NCBI RefSeq assembly: GCF_022045235.1 | Contig: NW_027266341.1 | Location: forward strand, 9,982,001-10,046,000 | Source: Haliotis cracherodii | Lineage: Eukaryota | Direction of reading: 5' to 3' | DNA length: 64,000 bases | In this document: in pieces, positions 1 through 11,869 of the stretch | Position numbering within the stretch: the first letter of the stretch is position 1 | How the letters are laid out: every line of letters starts with the position of its first letter | Made by a program: the position numbers and the translations under genes | Notes under the pieces: model-generated | Database searches by the model: none | The model's input: the letters and a program-made list of their open reading frames with translations, nothing else | What the model was told of the DNA's origin: nothing

Positions 1-208
1 GCTCGTGTGTGAAATCTTGCTTTTTCAGGGGTGGAAGTTCAGGTTCCCGAGGCGTCGGTGGGTCATGCTTCCTTCTGCTTGACCAGATTTTGTAAACAAG
101 AAATGAACAAACGCCTACTAAAGCCAGATTCAACGGACTTCCAAATAATTCAGACAAAAATTTGGATAAAAATCCGCTTCCCGCTTCCGAATTTCCTGAG
201 TCCGCCAT
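1..208 (-). CDS. PGRMC1: Membrane-associated progesterone receptor component (PGRMC1/2-like), first coding exon, truncated by the window edge
   Basis: ATG at 208 reads MADSGNSEAGSGFLSKFLSELFGSPLNLALVGVCSFLVYKIWSSRRKHDPPTPREPELPPLKKQDFTHE. This matches the PGRMC N-terminus (SPLNL, transmembrane helix ending YKI, LPxLKxxDFT before the cytochrome b5-like domain). It is open to position 1. PGRMC1 versus PGRMC2 orthology cannot be resolved. Confidence 0.9.
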   Translation of the reverse strand, partial: MADSGNSEAGSGFLSKFLSELFGSPLNLALVGVCSFLVYKIWSSRRKHDPPTPREPELPPLKKQDFTHE

Positions 209-842
209 ATTTGTTTAAATTCTGACGTGTTTCATAAAGGTCAAGGTCTCGCGTGCACTTGCCTGATTGAGGGATCTATGGTTCCGAGTGCTTACTGATA
301 GAATATCGTTGAAACGAGCGCTTTCAATTCAATGGAAGCTCTTTCTATGTTTCGATATTTGAAATAAATCGTCTGAGTTCCATATAATAGGCTCATGTGC
401 CCGAAGAGCGGTACACCAGTGATATGTCGCATTCGGACGCCGTACAACAAGAAATACTCCCTCCGCGGGTAATAAAGAATATAGACTTGCTGGGGGCGTT
501 ACAGAAACTATTCATGATCACAGCGAGAGGGATATTATGTCTATACATGTGTTTCATGAGACAATTAGTTTCATGAGACAATTAATTCTAAATTGCTATT
601 GTATTCAAATGTAATTTATATGCTCCATCGAGGAACACAATATATCCTTCGTGGTAAAATAGAAATTACCCGTGTGTGTTTAATCCTGTAAAATTCTACA
701 TTTTTATACCCATATCTACATTATATTAATTTGCCATTACGGGAAATTTTCCCCATATCTATCATGTCCTGTATTATTCTTATTGTTGATTTTAATTAAC
801 TGATTTTAATTTTGATTTCAAAAGGATATGTTGTTTCATGTA

Positions 843-969
843 TACTACTCTAAAGAAGTTAAGGATCACCCGATTCTTTCATAATGGTAAAGTTAATCTG
901 TCATGACATGAGAGATTAACTATAGTAATATGAAAGAATCAGGTGATCCTTAACTTCTTTTGAGTAGTA
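843..969. mobile_element. Short palindromic MITE (Tc1/mariner-like)
   Basis: Almost fully self-complementary (TACTACTCTAAAGAAGTTAAGGATCACC...GGTGATCCTTAACTTCTTTTGAGTAGTA), flanked by TA on both sides. Confidence 0.75.
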
Positions 970-1377
970 TATAATTCTTTGTTAATTGTCAAGCCCGGGC
1001 ACAGCTGTTTGGTTAAGGAAGGGTGAAGTTTGTAAGTTACCATACGGGTGCTAGATGAATGCTTTTTTCACATAACCAGTTATATAAATGTCTTACATTA
1101 TTATTTTTATTTTTTTTAAAGTGTCAGTGTGCACCTCTGCTATTTGTGACAAAATACAAAGAGTGAGTGAATTAAAGAAATGGAAGCACAAAGAGCATAC
1201 TGCTCAGAAATTGAGTGTCTTTGGGTTTTTTTCCATGGGACAGTGGCCATGACCCTCGGCGATATACGTCATATGTGGGCGGTAGGGTGGCCTACTGGTG
1301 AAAGTGTTCGCTTGTCATGCCGAACACCCGGTTTCGATTCCTTACAGTGTGTGAAGCCAGTTTATGGTACCACCCCA

Positions 1378-1727
1378 GAACCCGTGGTTAGTCACGTGAT
1401 ATATTGTTTAATGACAAAAATGATCTAAAACTCTATGATTACACTACAAGTCACTAATGTTCGCATTTCATTCTGACTATGCACCCATTCTTTCTGACTT
1501 TTCATATGGTTGAATAAAGATATAACTTAAGTCAACTTCAGTGTATGCATGACCAGATTGTTAAAATCATGTATCTTATTACGTTTTGCCAGGGCGCTAT
1601 GGTAAAAAAAAAAATCCCAATCGGACATTTTGAGACATCTCTTGAGACCTACAGTGGGTACCCGCGTCGGGTCGGATAATAGAGGGGTGGGTACCCGGGT
1701 AGTAAATGTGGACTCGCCCCAGCCCTA
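1378..1727 (+). mobile_element. hAT-type MITE, partial copy inside a family-B SINE
   Basis: Same internal sequence and 3' end (CCCAGCCCTA) as 15136-15553. The SINE head lies at about 1277-1375 and the SINE tail resumes at about 1728. Confidence 0.7.
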
Positions 1728-4255
1728 GCTAGAATATTGCTAAAAGTGGCGTAAAACCATATTTAAGATACATTTTAAACATGAATTTGCATTACGGTAA
1801 TTACTTGAACGAGTCCTACACAGGCCCACTTAAATACGGAACTCTGACAGTTCAGATCAGAAACCTGACGTGAGCTTTTGTGTTGTCAAGTGAAACCTAC
1901 ACTTCAGTGGCATTCAATGTACAGGGGTTTATTTTTAATCTGCTGAGGTATGACCTGTAGGGCATGTTCGGGTTTTTTTAAAGAAATAAACAACGAGCAT
2001 GAGTCGTTTGTTTCCTATATGAGATATCAACATTATGTATAGCCTCTTAAAGGATGATGATAAAATGTAAAAGCTTTAAAAATATTTATTTCATGCACAG
2101 GGGGGTATTTCCCGCATAATCTCACAATCAACACGCCGATCGATTATCTGTACCTATTCTCCCAATACCGATTGTCACATCTTTCCCGGGTTTTTTTTGC
2201 CTTTATCTGCGTTGCCCAGCTACGTTGCCCCCCCCCTCTAAAAAATAACGTCGTCCAATATACGGCGTTATCAAATTGCGAGCGCAGGTTCGAATTTCCA
2301 GAAATGACGTCATGATAGAACAATATTTTATCGTGAAATAAACCACGCTGTGTTGTTAATTGTTCTTTGCGATTTATCTCGTAGCTAGATCAAGATCGAG
2401 GCATGCGTACGAGTTGTTTCACACTGTCATAAATCATTTGGACTGCTTGAATAATTCTCCAAGTGCAAATAATAGGTTTTGAGTGATCAAGCAGAAAGTT
2501 TGATACCTTAAAGCTCGTACTAGTCACATATTTTAAGTGTAGTGTAATGCAGTGTACAATTACGAAGTCCCCAAATATAAAATAAAATTAATTTCATACA
2601 ACCATTAAACATATGTGTAACTCTATATGGAAGACTAACTTTAGCCATGATATACGCAATCTCATTAAAATCAGCCATAGCGAGATCTAAGATTTGATTT
2701 TAATGAGAATGGTGGACTTATGGGTAGATTGAATCGGAAATACATGCATTATCAATTTGTTCAAAGTGTATTTTTACCTTGTGGTTTAACGCGGAATGTG
2801 TTGCATACATGGATTCTATTTATTAAATATATCAATCATAATTTGAAAGACGGCTTGAATTCCAGCATTATATATATAAGATATTTGCCACAAACACACC
2901 AGGGAGACACTTTCTTCGCAGCCACCGCTGGTAAAAAAATGTACGTGCGCTTCAGTAACTATTGAGGAAATAGTGGGTGATTAACGTTCCCGGAATGTTG
3001 TACAACTCAACATATCGCAGTACACGCAATATATGGATAACAACTTCTTTCTTTTACAGAATTGGCGACGTTTCTGTAAAGATCCTTATACCGTTGTCAA
3101 GCAAGGCTGAATAATGAACATGGTACAGAATATATACACATGGAAATTAGTTAAGCAACCCCCTTATATTCTCAGACCGGGCAACTTTAATGAACTAGTG
3201 TTTGAAACGTGTACTGGATTTCCAAACCAAATACATTACCATGAAATAATGTGGTGTGTACGTCGTTTATTTCGGAAGGTCTCCGACCCGGCGTTTATCG
3301 GGGCTGGCGTTGTTTTGCACACCAATTGTTTTCCCAATATTGTTTCTTATTACCTACGAGAGCAAACGTGTCGAGGTTCATAAAAATCATATGCGCTCTA
3401 GGGTCATATAACCTCTGAGACAACAGTGTATTGTTTCCGTCATCCGGACGGCATTGTTGACGTCATTCGAATCTTATTGTGACGTGAGGTCGGAATGACG
3501 TCACACTAGAAACGACGTCATATCTGAAGAATGTTGACGTCATTTAATAAATAGAGAATCTCATCCGAGTGTCTTTTGACTTGTTGTATTTGTAGGTGGA
3601 CACTGATTCCGTCTCTGTATGTGGACATCTTCGGTAATAAATACACTCGTGCCTAAATACCGGTAATTCCCTCGCCGTCGTTCGGGAAACACCGGAATTT
3701 AGACACCCATGTCGTAAACATCGTATGACATGAACACTCTATATATATGTCTCACCCCCATTTCTCTTCGTTCGATTCATTGCGTCGAATTAACCTGACG
3801 TTTATTCTAAGATTATCCGTACAGCGCAGGGTTCCCTTCGAAACTGTGTCAACACACCAGCATAGTTCACGATATGTCATTATATAAGCGAAATACTGTG
3901 TTACTGTGGTAAACTGTGCAATTGGCATAACGCATTTTGAACTCATTTTTAATTTTTTGGCATAGTCTTCAAAGGCGCCGCTATTCGCAATGTCAGTCAC
4001 GATAGTCTGAAACCTACGATAGTCAGATGAATCAACGATTCGTCCCGATTTTGTTTCGAGGATTGTGAGTACCATACCGGGCCGTGCTCTTTTGTTTAAC
4101 CAAATAGTAAACGTAGGAGACCTGCTTCACTTCGGGATTTCCCCACCACAAGCCGTCGCGCCGTGACATTACTGGAATACTGTTTAACGTAGCGTTAAAC
4201 CCAACTTACTCAATCTTAACAAGTGATAATCGTTTTCATCATTAATATTTTCATC

Positions 4256-4448
4256 GTTCTGAATACCCCGCGTCAAAGCTTTCGAGGTTGCATGATTAGA
4301 AATCACATTCCGACTGTCACTTTCATGATCTGGTAAGCAACGCTCTGATTGGTCGGATGAAAGGTCATTCTAACGTGACTCCTAATGGGATGTCCTCAGA
4401 TCTTTGTTTAGTGATAGCGAGTACTTAGATCTAATTTTAATGAGATTG
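4256..4448. mobile_element. Truncated copy of the long-TIR MITE seen at 47320-47669
   Basis: Shares GAAATCACATTCCGACTGTCACTTTCAT...GATGTCCTCAGATCTTTGTTTAG...TTTTAATGAGATTG. Confidence 0.7.
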
Positions 4449-4724
4449 ATTTTCATCAAAACTCTCATCTGACGCACTCTCCTCGCCAAAGTTGCATGCT
4501 TGCAGTTTGCACGTACTGGTCGATTTCAGCGTAGTTGACATGTGCATCTGCAAGACAGCTGCAAGACAGCTGCAGGTGCGGATAGAGAACACATCCGGGA
4601 ATCCCAAAGGGCAATTACAATATTCATCTATTCTGGTTTCTGTATGATCCGTCCAAAGCGAGGCATTTTCTTTCTTGCACCTGAAAGGTTTGGACTGCTG
4701 GTTTGACCAAGTACCTAACAATGG

Positions 4725-5000
4725 GGTGAGTGTGAGTGACTCTGAGTTGGGTTTAACGCCGCTTTTAACATTACTCCAGTTATATCATTGCGTGTCAGCT
4801 TAATGTTGGAGGAAAGCCCGAAGTGATGCAGGTCTCAGACGTTTACCACTTCGGTGAAACCCACGAGCACGGGTATGGTGCTGACAAACCTAGAATCATA
4901 ATCGGGGCGAATCGGGATTCCAACCCACAATCATAGGTTTCTCGCGTGCCCAGGGGACGCAACTCTGCACAGCGAATCGCGGCGCCTTAGACGACTGGGT
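4725..5000 (-). mobile_element. SINE family D copy
   Basis: Similar to 11592-11869; flanked by direct repeat TAACAATGG. Confidence 0.8.
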
Positions 5001-6181
5001 ACATAACAATGGAAATGAGCGAAAAAGACTTAAGACTAAAGAGAAACACCATGAAATACCACTGTCAGCCAAGTTGAATGGTTTACCATATGTCTGTGTT
5101 GTTGTCCTTACCTACATGCAAAATAATTAGCTCAGGGCAAGACATGAAAACCTCCCGTATCATCCTTTTCGACACATTTTAACCTAACTCATACATTTTG
5201 ATTTTTTGTTGTGAGAAGTCAAAAACAAAAATGTTGACATGATAAAAGTCTAGTTCTCATTGCAATGAACACATCTGGTAAGAATTTCTCCTTAATTTGC
5301 TTATTTCGTAAATAGCGTAGACCTTGTGGCCCCCATACAGCCCTCACCCAACCTGTGCCTTTTGCCAGAAACGGGAAACAAGTGTAAACAGACCTATCAT
5401 TGTCTTGTCATTGCTTCACTCAGCAATATTCAAGCTACATGACGGCGGTCTGTAAATAATCGAGTCTTGACCAGACAATCAAGTGATTGACATCATGATC
5501 ATTGATCTACACAATTGGGATACGATGACATGCATCAACCAAGTCAGTGAGCCTAACTACCAGATCCCTTTAGACGCCTCTTGCGACAAGCATGGGTTGG
5601 TAAAGCCCAATTCTTGCCCCGATCGTCACAGGAATGAGTCAAGAGTCCTGTCAGCTACAATGCATTAACACTCTATCATGAATCCATCAACTTTTCAGCC
5701 TGTTTGGAAAGTTCACAATGTATGACTGATATAAAATAGGAGACATACATGGGTGCCTAACCTACAATGTCGCTTCTGCATATAAAGTGTGATCCTGTTA
5801 ATGAAATATGTTTCTTAAACTGAAGGTTCAATCACAAATTTAATTTTCAAATACGGTAAAACTTGAGTGTTTTTTCAAATACAGCAATCATACAACACAC
5901 AGTTTTATTCTACTTTTTTTTGTTGCAAAAAGGCCAGTTATAAAACAATATTCTTGTTTCTCAATTATTATTTTTAAACTGACTGGGTAGTGAAGGATCT
6001 TAACTTTTATTTAGTGTACCAGATCTGTTTTGTCATGGAATGTCATGGAATGTGGTGGCACGTGTTCCTGTGCACAGCGCACAGGTCACAAATTAGGTGA
6101 AGTTAAGCAACGTCGGTCACTGTATGGGCGTTTCGGCAGCTTGGCTTCTGAGAGCTTCTAGGGCTTCAATCCTGCCCCTAA

Positions 6182-6446
6182 CTGATTGGTTGGTTGCTTT
6201 GTTGTTTAACGACGCACTCAGCAATATTCCACCTATATGACGGCGGTCTGTAAATAATCGAGCCTGGACCAGACAATCCAGTGATTAATAGCATGAGCAT
6301 CAATCCACGCAATGGGGATTGATGACATGCATCAAACAAGTCAGCGAGCCTGACCACCCGACCCCGTTAGTCGCCTTTTACGACAAGCATAGTTACGGCA
6401 AGCATGGGTTGCTGAAGACCTATTCTACCCCGGAATTTTCACGGGT
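6182..6446 (-). mobile_element. Retroposon family C copy, inserted in an older SINE
   Basis: Full family C sequence from ACCCGTGAA to the AACAA/ACCA tail; it interrupts the element that continues at 6447-6730. Confidence 0.85.
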
Positions 6447-6730
6447 ATGCCCCACACTGAAGCACATGTAAAACATGTGGCGTCTCCTTGGGCAAGTGAC
6501 TTTGTTCAAAATGTACCTCTATTCACCCAACAGTGAATGGGTACCCGGGAGGATGAGATGGTAAAGTGGTTGTTAACCTTCTAGCGCCTAACAGGCAGCT
6601 TGGGTTGTATACTCCCTAGGGAGCTGAGAATGATTCTTGAGTGCACACTAACCCAGTGACCGGGGTAATAATAGCGCTTTGAGCATGACCCCGGAGTGGC
6701 GATGAAATATGCGCAATGTAAATGGCATAT
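6447..6730 (+). mobile_element. Older SINE with CORE/Deu(Nin)-like central motifs; second copy at about 58680-58930 (minus)
   Basis: TCCTTGGGCAAGTGACTT and TCACCCAACAGTGAATGGGTACC motifs, and two dispersed copies in the window. Superfamily assignment is by motif resemblance only. Confidence 0.55.
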
Positions 6731-9451
6731 TAGTATTATGAAAGGACGGACCAAGGGATGGCTCGGTTCCCCTGTAAAGCTCACAGTGTGAATGGCATGG
6801 TGTGCGCAAAAAGTCGGAATCTGTTGCAAAAATGATTTGCGAAGAATTTTGTTTCCCAAGAGTCCTTTTAAAAAGAAATATCAAGAACAGGACCATTTTA
6901 GTAACAGACGAGTCATGGGGAAAAATAATTACATCAACAAGGCTAACACCATCAGTTGCTACGAGCAATCCGAGGGTTTGTACTAGACTAATATTTAGTC
7001 TCTGAAATCTTATATTACACAATATCCTTCTTGACTCTAAAAAATAAAAAAATCCCTATGCTGTGGAATAGAGCTAGCTTGAGCTGGCTAGACTTGCTTT
7101 TGTATGCATTTCTAGATTTTCTTTTTTCATAAAATAAATATATTCCATGGTCATGGTGCAGAACTAGGTTTGGACCAAAACAAATAGTTAACACACGTTC
7201 TAATTTGCAAACCCCGTTGATTCCGACCTTGCCAGCCAAAGCAACAAGGCACAGCTGCTGTCACCATATATCTGTGCTGCTCCCTATAAACGACTTTGGT
7301 CTTGACTTGTAGCTAAAGATCACATAGATGCACTGTCATGGGAAATGACCACAAAAAGAAATATTTCTTTAAAGCGATCTTAGCGCTACGACTATTGTAA
7401 GCCTATGTTAAAGTATGGGAGTTACGATCATCTTAGCACTAAGATCGCTTTGTGCAAGTGGGCCCTGGACCCACTGATCCATGTTGGAAGGTCATAACAC
7501 AAGGTGCTCGCTGTGCCTCAGAGTAACTGGATGTGACAGCATGAGTGACAGGCCATGGGCATATTCTGGGACAGGTTGTATCAAGCAGATGGAAAAATGT
7601 GGATGCAGAATCTATACATTTCACATCAGTTGAAGGGTAAAATGTAGGCCATACATAAGTAATTGTTAAGACTTGAAAGAGAAGACAATGGTAGTTACCA
7701 TGCTCTTCTGTCAAAATGAGCATTTTTTTGTTAGACAAAAACACTTTGCTTGAAGAGATGTAGTTATCCATTCAGAAAACTTTAGTCTGCATAACTTAAC
7801 ACATTACTAAAGAAAAAAGGAAATGTCTGTCAGAAACAGTGAAAACTTGAGTCCTTAACATGGAGCAACTGCTTAGAATACCTTGCTTGTACTGATATAT
7901 TTTGTCAGCACACACTGAGTGAGTACTGTTTTATGCTTTAGCAATATTCCAGCAATATCACACCAGAAATGGGCTCCACACATTGTACTATTTGGGGAAT
8001 CAAACCCAGGTCTTCGGCATGACGAGTGAACACTTTAACCACTAGGCTACCCAAGCGCCCCCTAAGCACACACTGGCTATGAAGTTGGTTCCTAATGAGA
8101 AGAACTTGTTTCCATGCAGTGTGTGGGTGTTGTTGTCAAGCAACTTAGTGGCACTTGATGTTTATCCAGGGATGCAACATAACCTGAAACTGGACTGAAT
8201 GGTGACAACATATTGGGGGAGACCCCACTACCAAGCCTGGAGTTCTCCCTCCCATTTGGATTCCCGTCATTAACAAGTGAACCCGAGCCAGCAGCCTGGT
8301 GTTAGTTTACAACACTGTTATTTCTGGCTTGTAAATCTTAAGAAGGTCGGCTAGAAACATTGTTTCGTGTATCGGACTTCTGTGTTATGAGCACTCAAAC
8401 AACATATTTTATCTCTATCATGTTTTATACCTGAAATGGATAGAATTGTAATTTAACTGCCCGCATGTTGCCACTGTAACTTGATAATGTCCTCATATTG
8501 CATGACGACGGGCCATTATCCTGTCCGTTGTTGGCTGACATATTGATGTTCAATGGTGATGTCACCTGGTTTGTTAGTTATGAAGTTTCCATATTTGTAT
8601 AAGTGGGTCAGTGACGATCGTGTGTTGATTGCAGTAAAGGTTCAAAACAGATCTTGTTTATTTTTATTTGATAACAAATTCTATCCATTTTAGCTATAAT
8701 AACCGTAACACTATTTTTCGGGGCATTATCATTTACAGAAGCCCTCGGTCTTTTCAACTGCCCTTCTTCGTCGGGCAGTTAATGGAAGTCCTCGGGCTTC
8801 TGCAAATGATAATGCCCTGAAAAATAGCATTACCCTTAAAGCAAATAGTCCTTGATCCTATTGTAATACGTCGCTGAAAGCCAGGAAAGTGATGCAGGTG
8901 TAAGATGTGTACCACTTTGTTGAAGCCAAGAATGATGTGGCTGACAAACAAAGAAACAATATGGGCAAACCAGGATTTTTACGGAAGATCATGGGTCTCA
9001 GTGCTCCATGCATATAATTTTAACTATTATGTTGCCTTTTAAGCCCAATGGAACCTGTTTCGTTGGACTATTCTCTAGCATTGACAATTATATTTCCTAT
9101 AATGACCGAGCAGAGATCATAAAATAGGGATATCTATTTTATGGTCTCTGGCCTGAGGAACACTACTCACTGGACAGCATTGTTTGGCGCCTTTGATGAC
9201 TTGCCCACCCATAACGGTACGATACTTTTTTCTTAAACATAAAGTTGTATCCAAAAGTGGATAAAATATATAAAGAATTACTATCAGTTTGGATACAATA
9301 ATGTTGACACAGTAAGTGAAAGCGCTATTGACTTCTATAATAAGGTGTAGATTTAGCACGGCTGTCAACACACAACAATCAGCCTTGAACAACAGAAAAT
9401 AGTGAAAATAGCAGGGAAGAAAGGAACCAACAAAGTGTTTATTATTTCAAG

Positions 9452-9795
9452 GTGAGGTGAGGTGAAATTGGGTTTAACGTCGCGTCCAAGATTATTGCAC
9501 TTATATAGCGACGTGCATGTACGTGTATGTGTTTGTGTGGCTGCTTGTACTAGTGCCGATTTATAGTGCTAGCTCACTGAGATACCATGCCGCAATTTAA
9601 CATGAATACCCCACTCAGACACAGTATACTGACTCCTAGCCGACCAGTTCTTGTTTGAGCCCTTTAATGCCGAGCGCCAGACAGGGTAACAACAAGTACC
9701 ATTTTTTAACGTCTTTTGGTATGACGCGGTCGGGGATCGAACCCCGGACCTTCCGCTTTCCGGGCGGACGCTCTACCACTAGACCACGGAGGCGG
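9452..9795 (-). mobile_element. SINE family A (tRNA-derived, about 345 bp), full length
   Basis: Pol III A box TGGTCTAGTGG, B box GGTTCGATCC, (CACCT)n tail, 13-bp TSD TTATTATTTCAAG (9439-9451 and 9796-9808). Confidence 0.9.
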
Positions 9796-10548
9796 TTATT
9801 ATTTCAAGAACATTCACACATTTTCTGACCTCAACAAAGAAGACACCTAAGAAGGGATGGTAATCTGCGACCATGTTTGCAATGGTTCGATCTGGCATAG
9901 ATATGATGCTTAACGTCTAAATCAAGACAAGTTTAGTGTGCTTGAAAGATGAGCACTACCTGTCACATCAATATTGTAATCATGGCAAAGCAGTTACCAT
10001 GGAGACTATTCCTGAAGAGGTAGACACAAACCAAGCCCTAATCATGTATAACTAAACCCGTCAACATTTATCAATATTTATGGACACTTTATCCATATCA
10101 ATATTTGATTTGACTGTGAGCCATGTGCCAGTGTCCACTCCTGCAATAAACACTGACCTATTCTTAAAGTACTGTCAGAATTGTTAGAAAAATGCTTTTC
10201 TGGCTTCATTTAATAAATACGAATCATAGGACTATGAAAATAGAATACATCAGAATAACACAAATCTACCTAATCTGGCCTATCCTAACTGGCACTGTGA
10301 TTAGCCTTAAAGGCCTTTACAGGGGAAATTATGATAAACAGAAAATATTTGTGTGTTGTCATTCATGTAAGAGGTAATTACCTAACACCTGTCCCGAGGT
10401 GATGACCTCACACCGCCCGTACATTCTCACAGGTACTCATATCCCCGGAGTTATGGGGTGGTCTCAAAATATTGCTGTTACAATGTCATGTGACCGTGTT
10501 GTGCCGCAAGGACATCTGTCCTGTACTTTACTGGTTTCTTATTCAAGC

Positions 10549-11252
10549 GACCGCCTCCGTGGTCTAGTTGTAGAGCGTCCGCCCGGAGAGCGGAAGGTCC
10601 TGGGTTCGATCCCCGGCAGCGTCATATTGATAAATGTTGACGGGTTTACTTATACATGATTAGGGCTTGGTTTGTGTCTACCACTGCAGGAATAGTCTCC
10701 ATGGTAACTGCTTTGCCATGATGACAATATTGATGTAACAGGTAGTGCTCATCTTTCAAGCACACTAAACTTGTCTTGATTTAGACGTTAAGCATCATAT
10801 CTATGCCAGATCGAACCATTGCAAACATGGTCGCAGATTACCATCCCTTCTTAGGTGTCTTCTTTGTTGAGGTCAGAAAATGTGTGAATGTTCTTGAAAT
10901 AATAACCGCCTCCGTGGTCTAGTGGTAGAGCGTCCGCCCGGAAAGCGGAAGGTCCGGGGTTCGATCCCCGACCGCTTCATACCAAAAGACGTTAAAAGAT
11001 GGCACTTGTTGTTACCCTGTCTGGCGCTCGGCATTAAAGGGCTAAAACAAGGACTGGTCGGCTAGGAGTCAGTATACTGTGTCTGAGTGGGGTATTCATG
11101 TTAAACTGCGGCATGGTATCTCAGTGTGCTAGCACTATAAATCGGCATCAGTCCGGACTAGTACAAGAGCCACACAAACACACACGTACATGCACGTCGC
11201 TATATAAGTGCAATAATCTTGGAAGCAACGTTAAACCCCATTTCACCTCACC
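10549..11252 (+). mobile_element. SINE family A, chimeric: 5' fragment, then an inverted copy of 9796-10077, then a full SINE
   Basis: Whole block is bounded by TCTTATTCA(A/G)GC at 10537-10548 and 11253-11264. Confidence 0.8.
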
Positions 11253-11591
11253 TCTTATTCAGGCAAATTATCTCCATGAGTTGTTTCCTTTCAGATGGTC
11301 TGATGTCGACATTGCAAGATGTCAGCTATTCCTGCATGGTCACCTTCAGACAACTCACAGTTGGCGCGACAGTATCTGGTTCCCATACGTTATAATTGGC
11401 GTTAACCATGACAATGACGTTGTTCGGATTGGGCAGTAGCTGACGTTCCAACCAGTCTATGAACACCTCACAATTCATTTCCTTATGATAATCACCAGTT
11501 TTCTTTTCACCTCGAAAACTAGTCCTCAATAGGCCACAGATCACAGGCTCTGGCATACAAAACAATGACATGATTACCTTTACCTGATGGT

Positions 11592-11869
11592 GAGTGAGTG
11601 AGTTGGGTTTAACGCCGCGTTTAACAGTATTCCAGTTATATCACAGCATGTCAGCTTAATGTAGGGGGAAGACCCGAAGTGATGCAGGCCTCACAACGTT
11701 TACCACTTCGGTGAAACCCACAAGTACGGTTATGGAGCTGACAAACCTAGAAACATAATCGGGGCGAACCGGGATTCCAACCCACAATCATAGGTTTCTG
11801 GCGTGCCCAAGGGACGTAACTCTGCACAGCGAATCGCGGCGCCTCAGACGACTCTGCCACCCATGCCCC
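11592..11869 (-). mobile_element. SINE family D, full length
   Basis: tRNA-like head, (CACT)n tail, 15-bp TSD CCTTTACCTGATGGT (11577-11591 and 11870-11884). Further copies at about 32168-32370, 36570-36750 and 49620-49870. Confidence 0.9.

Larger units (their letters stand above)
9452..11252. repeat. Long inverted repeat, arms of about 625 bp (9452-10077 and 10624-11252), spacer about 545 bp
   Basis: Non-SINE sequence 9796-10077 is the near-perfect reverse complement of 10624-10905; the pairing is extended by the oppositely oriented SINEs. Confidence 0.92.

Noticed and set aside
3440-3545. Cluster of TGACGTCA-like motifs
   Set aside because: No adjacent gene start; it lies in repeat-like intergenic sequence, so a CRE enhancer call is unsupported.
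3752-4075. 107-aa minus-strand ORF
   Set aside because: No recognisable motif, splice context or paralog.
10549-10626. tRNA-like sequences here and at other A/B-box sites
   Set aside because: They are SINE heads continuing into SINE bodies, not complete cloverleaf tRNA genes.
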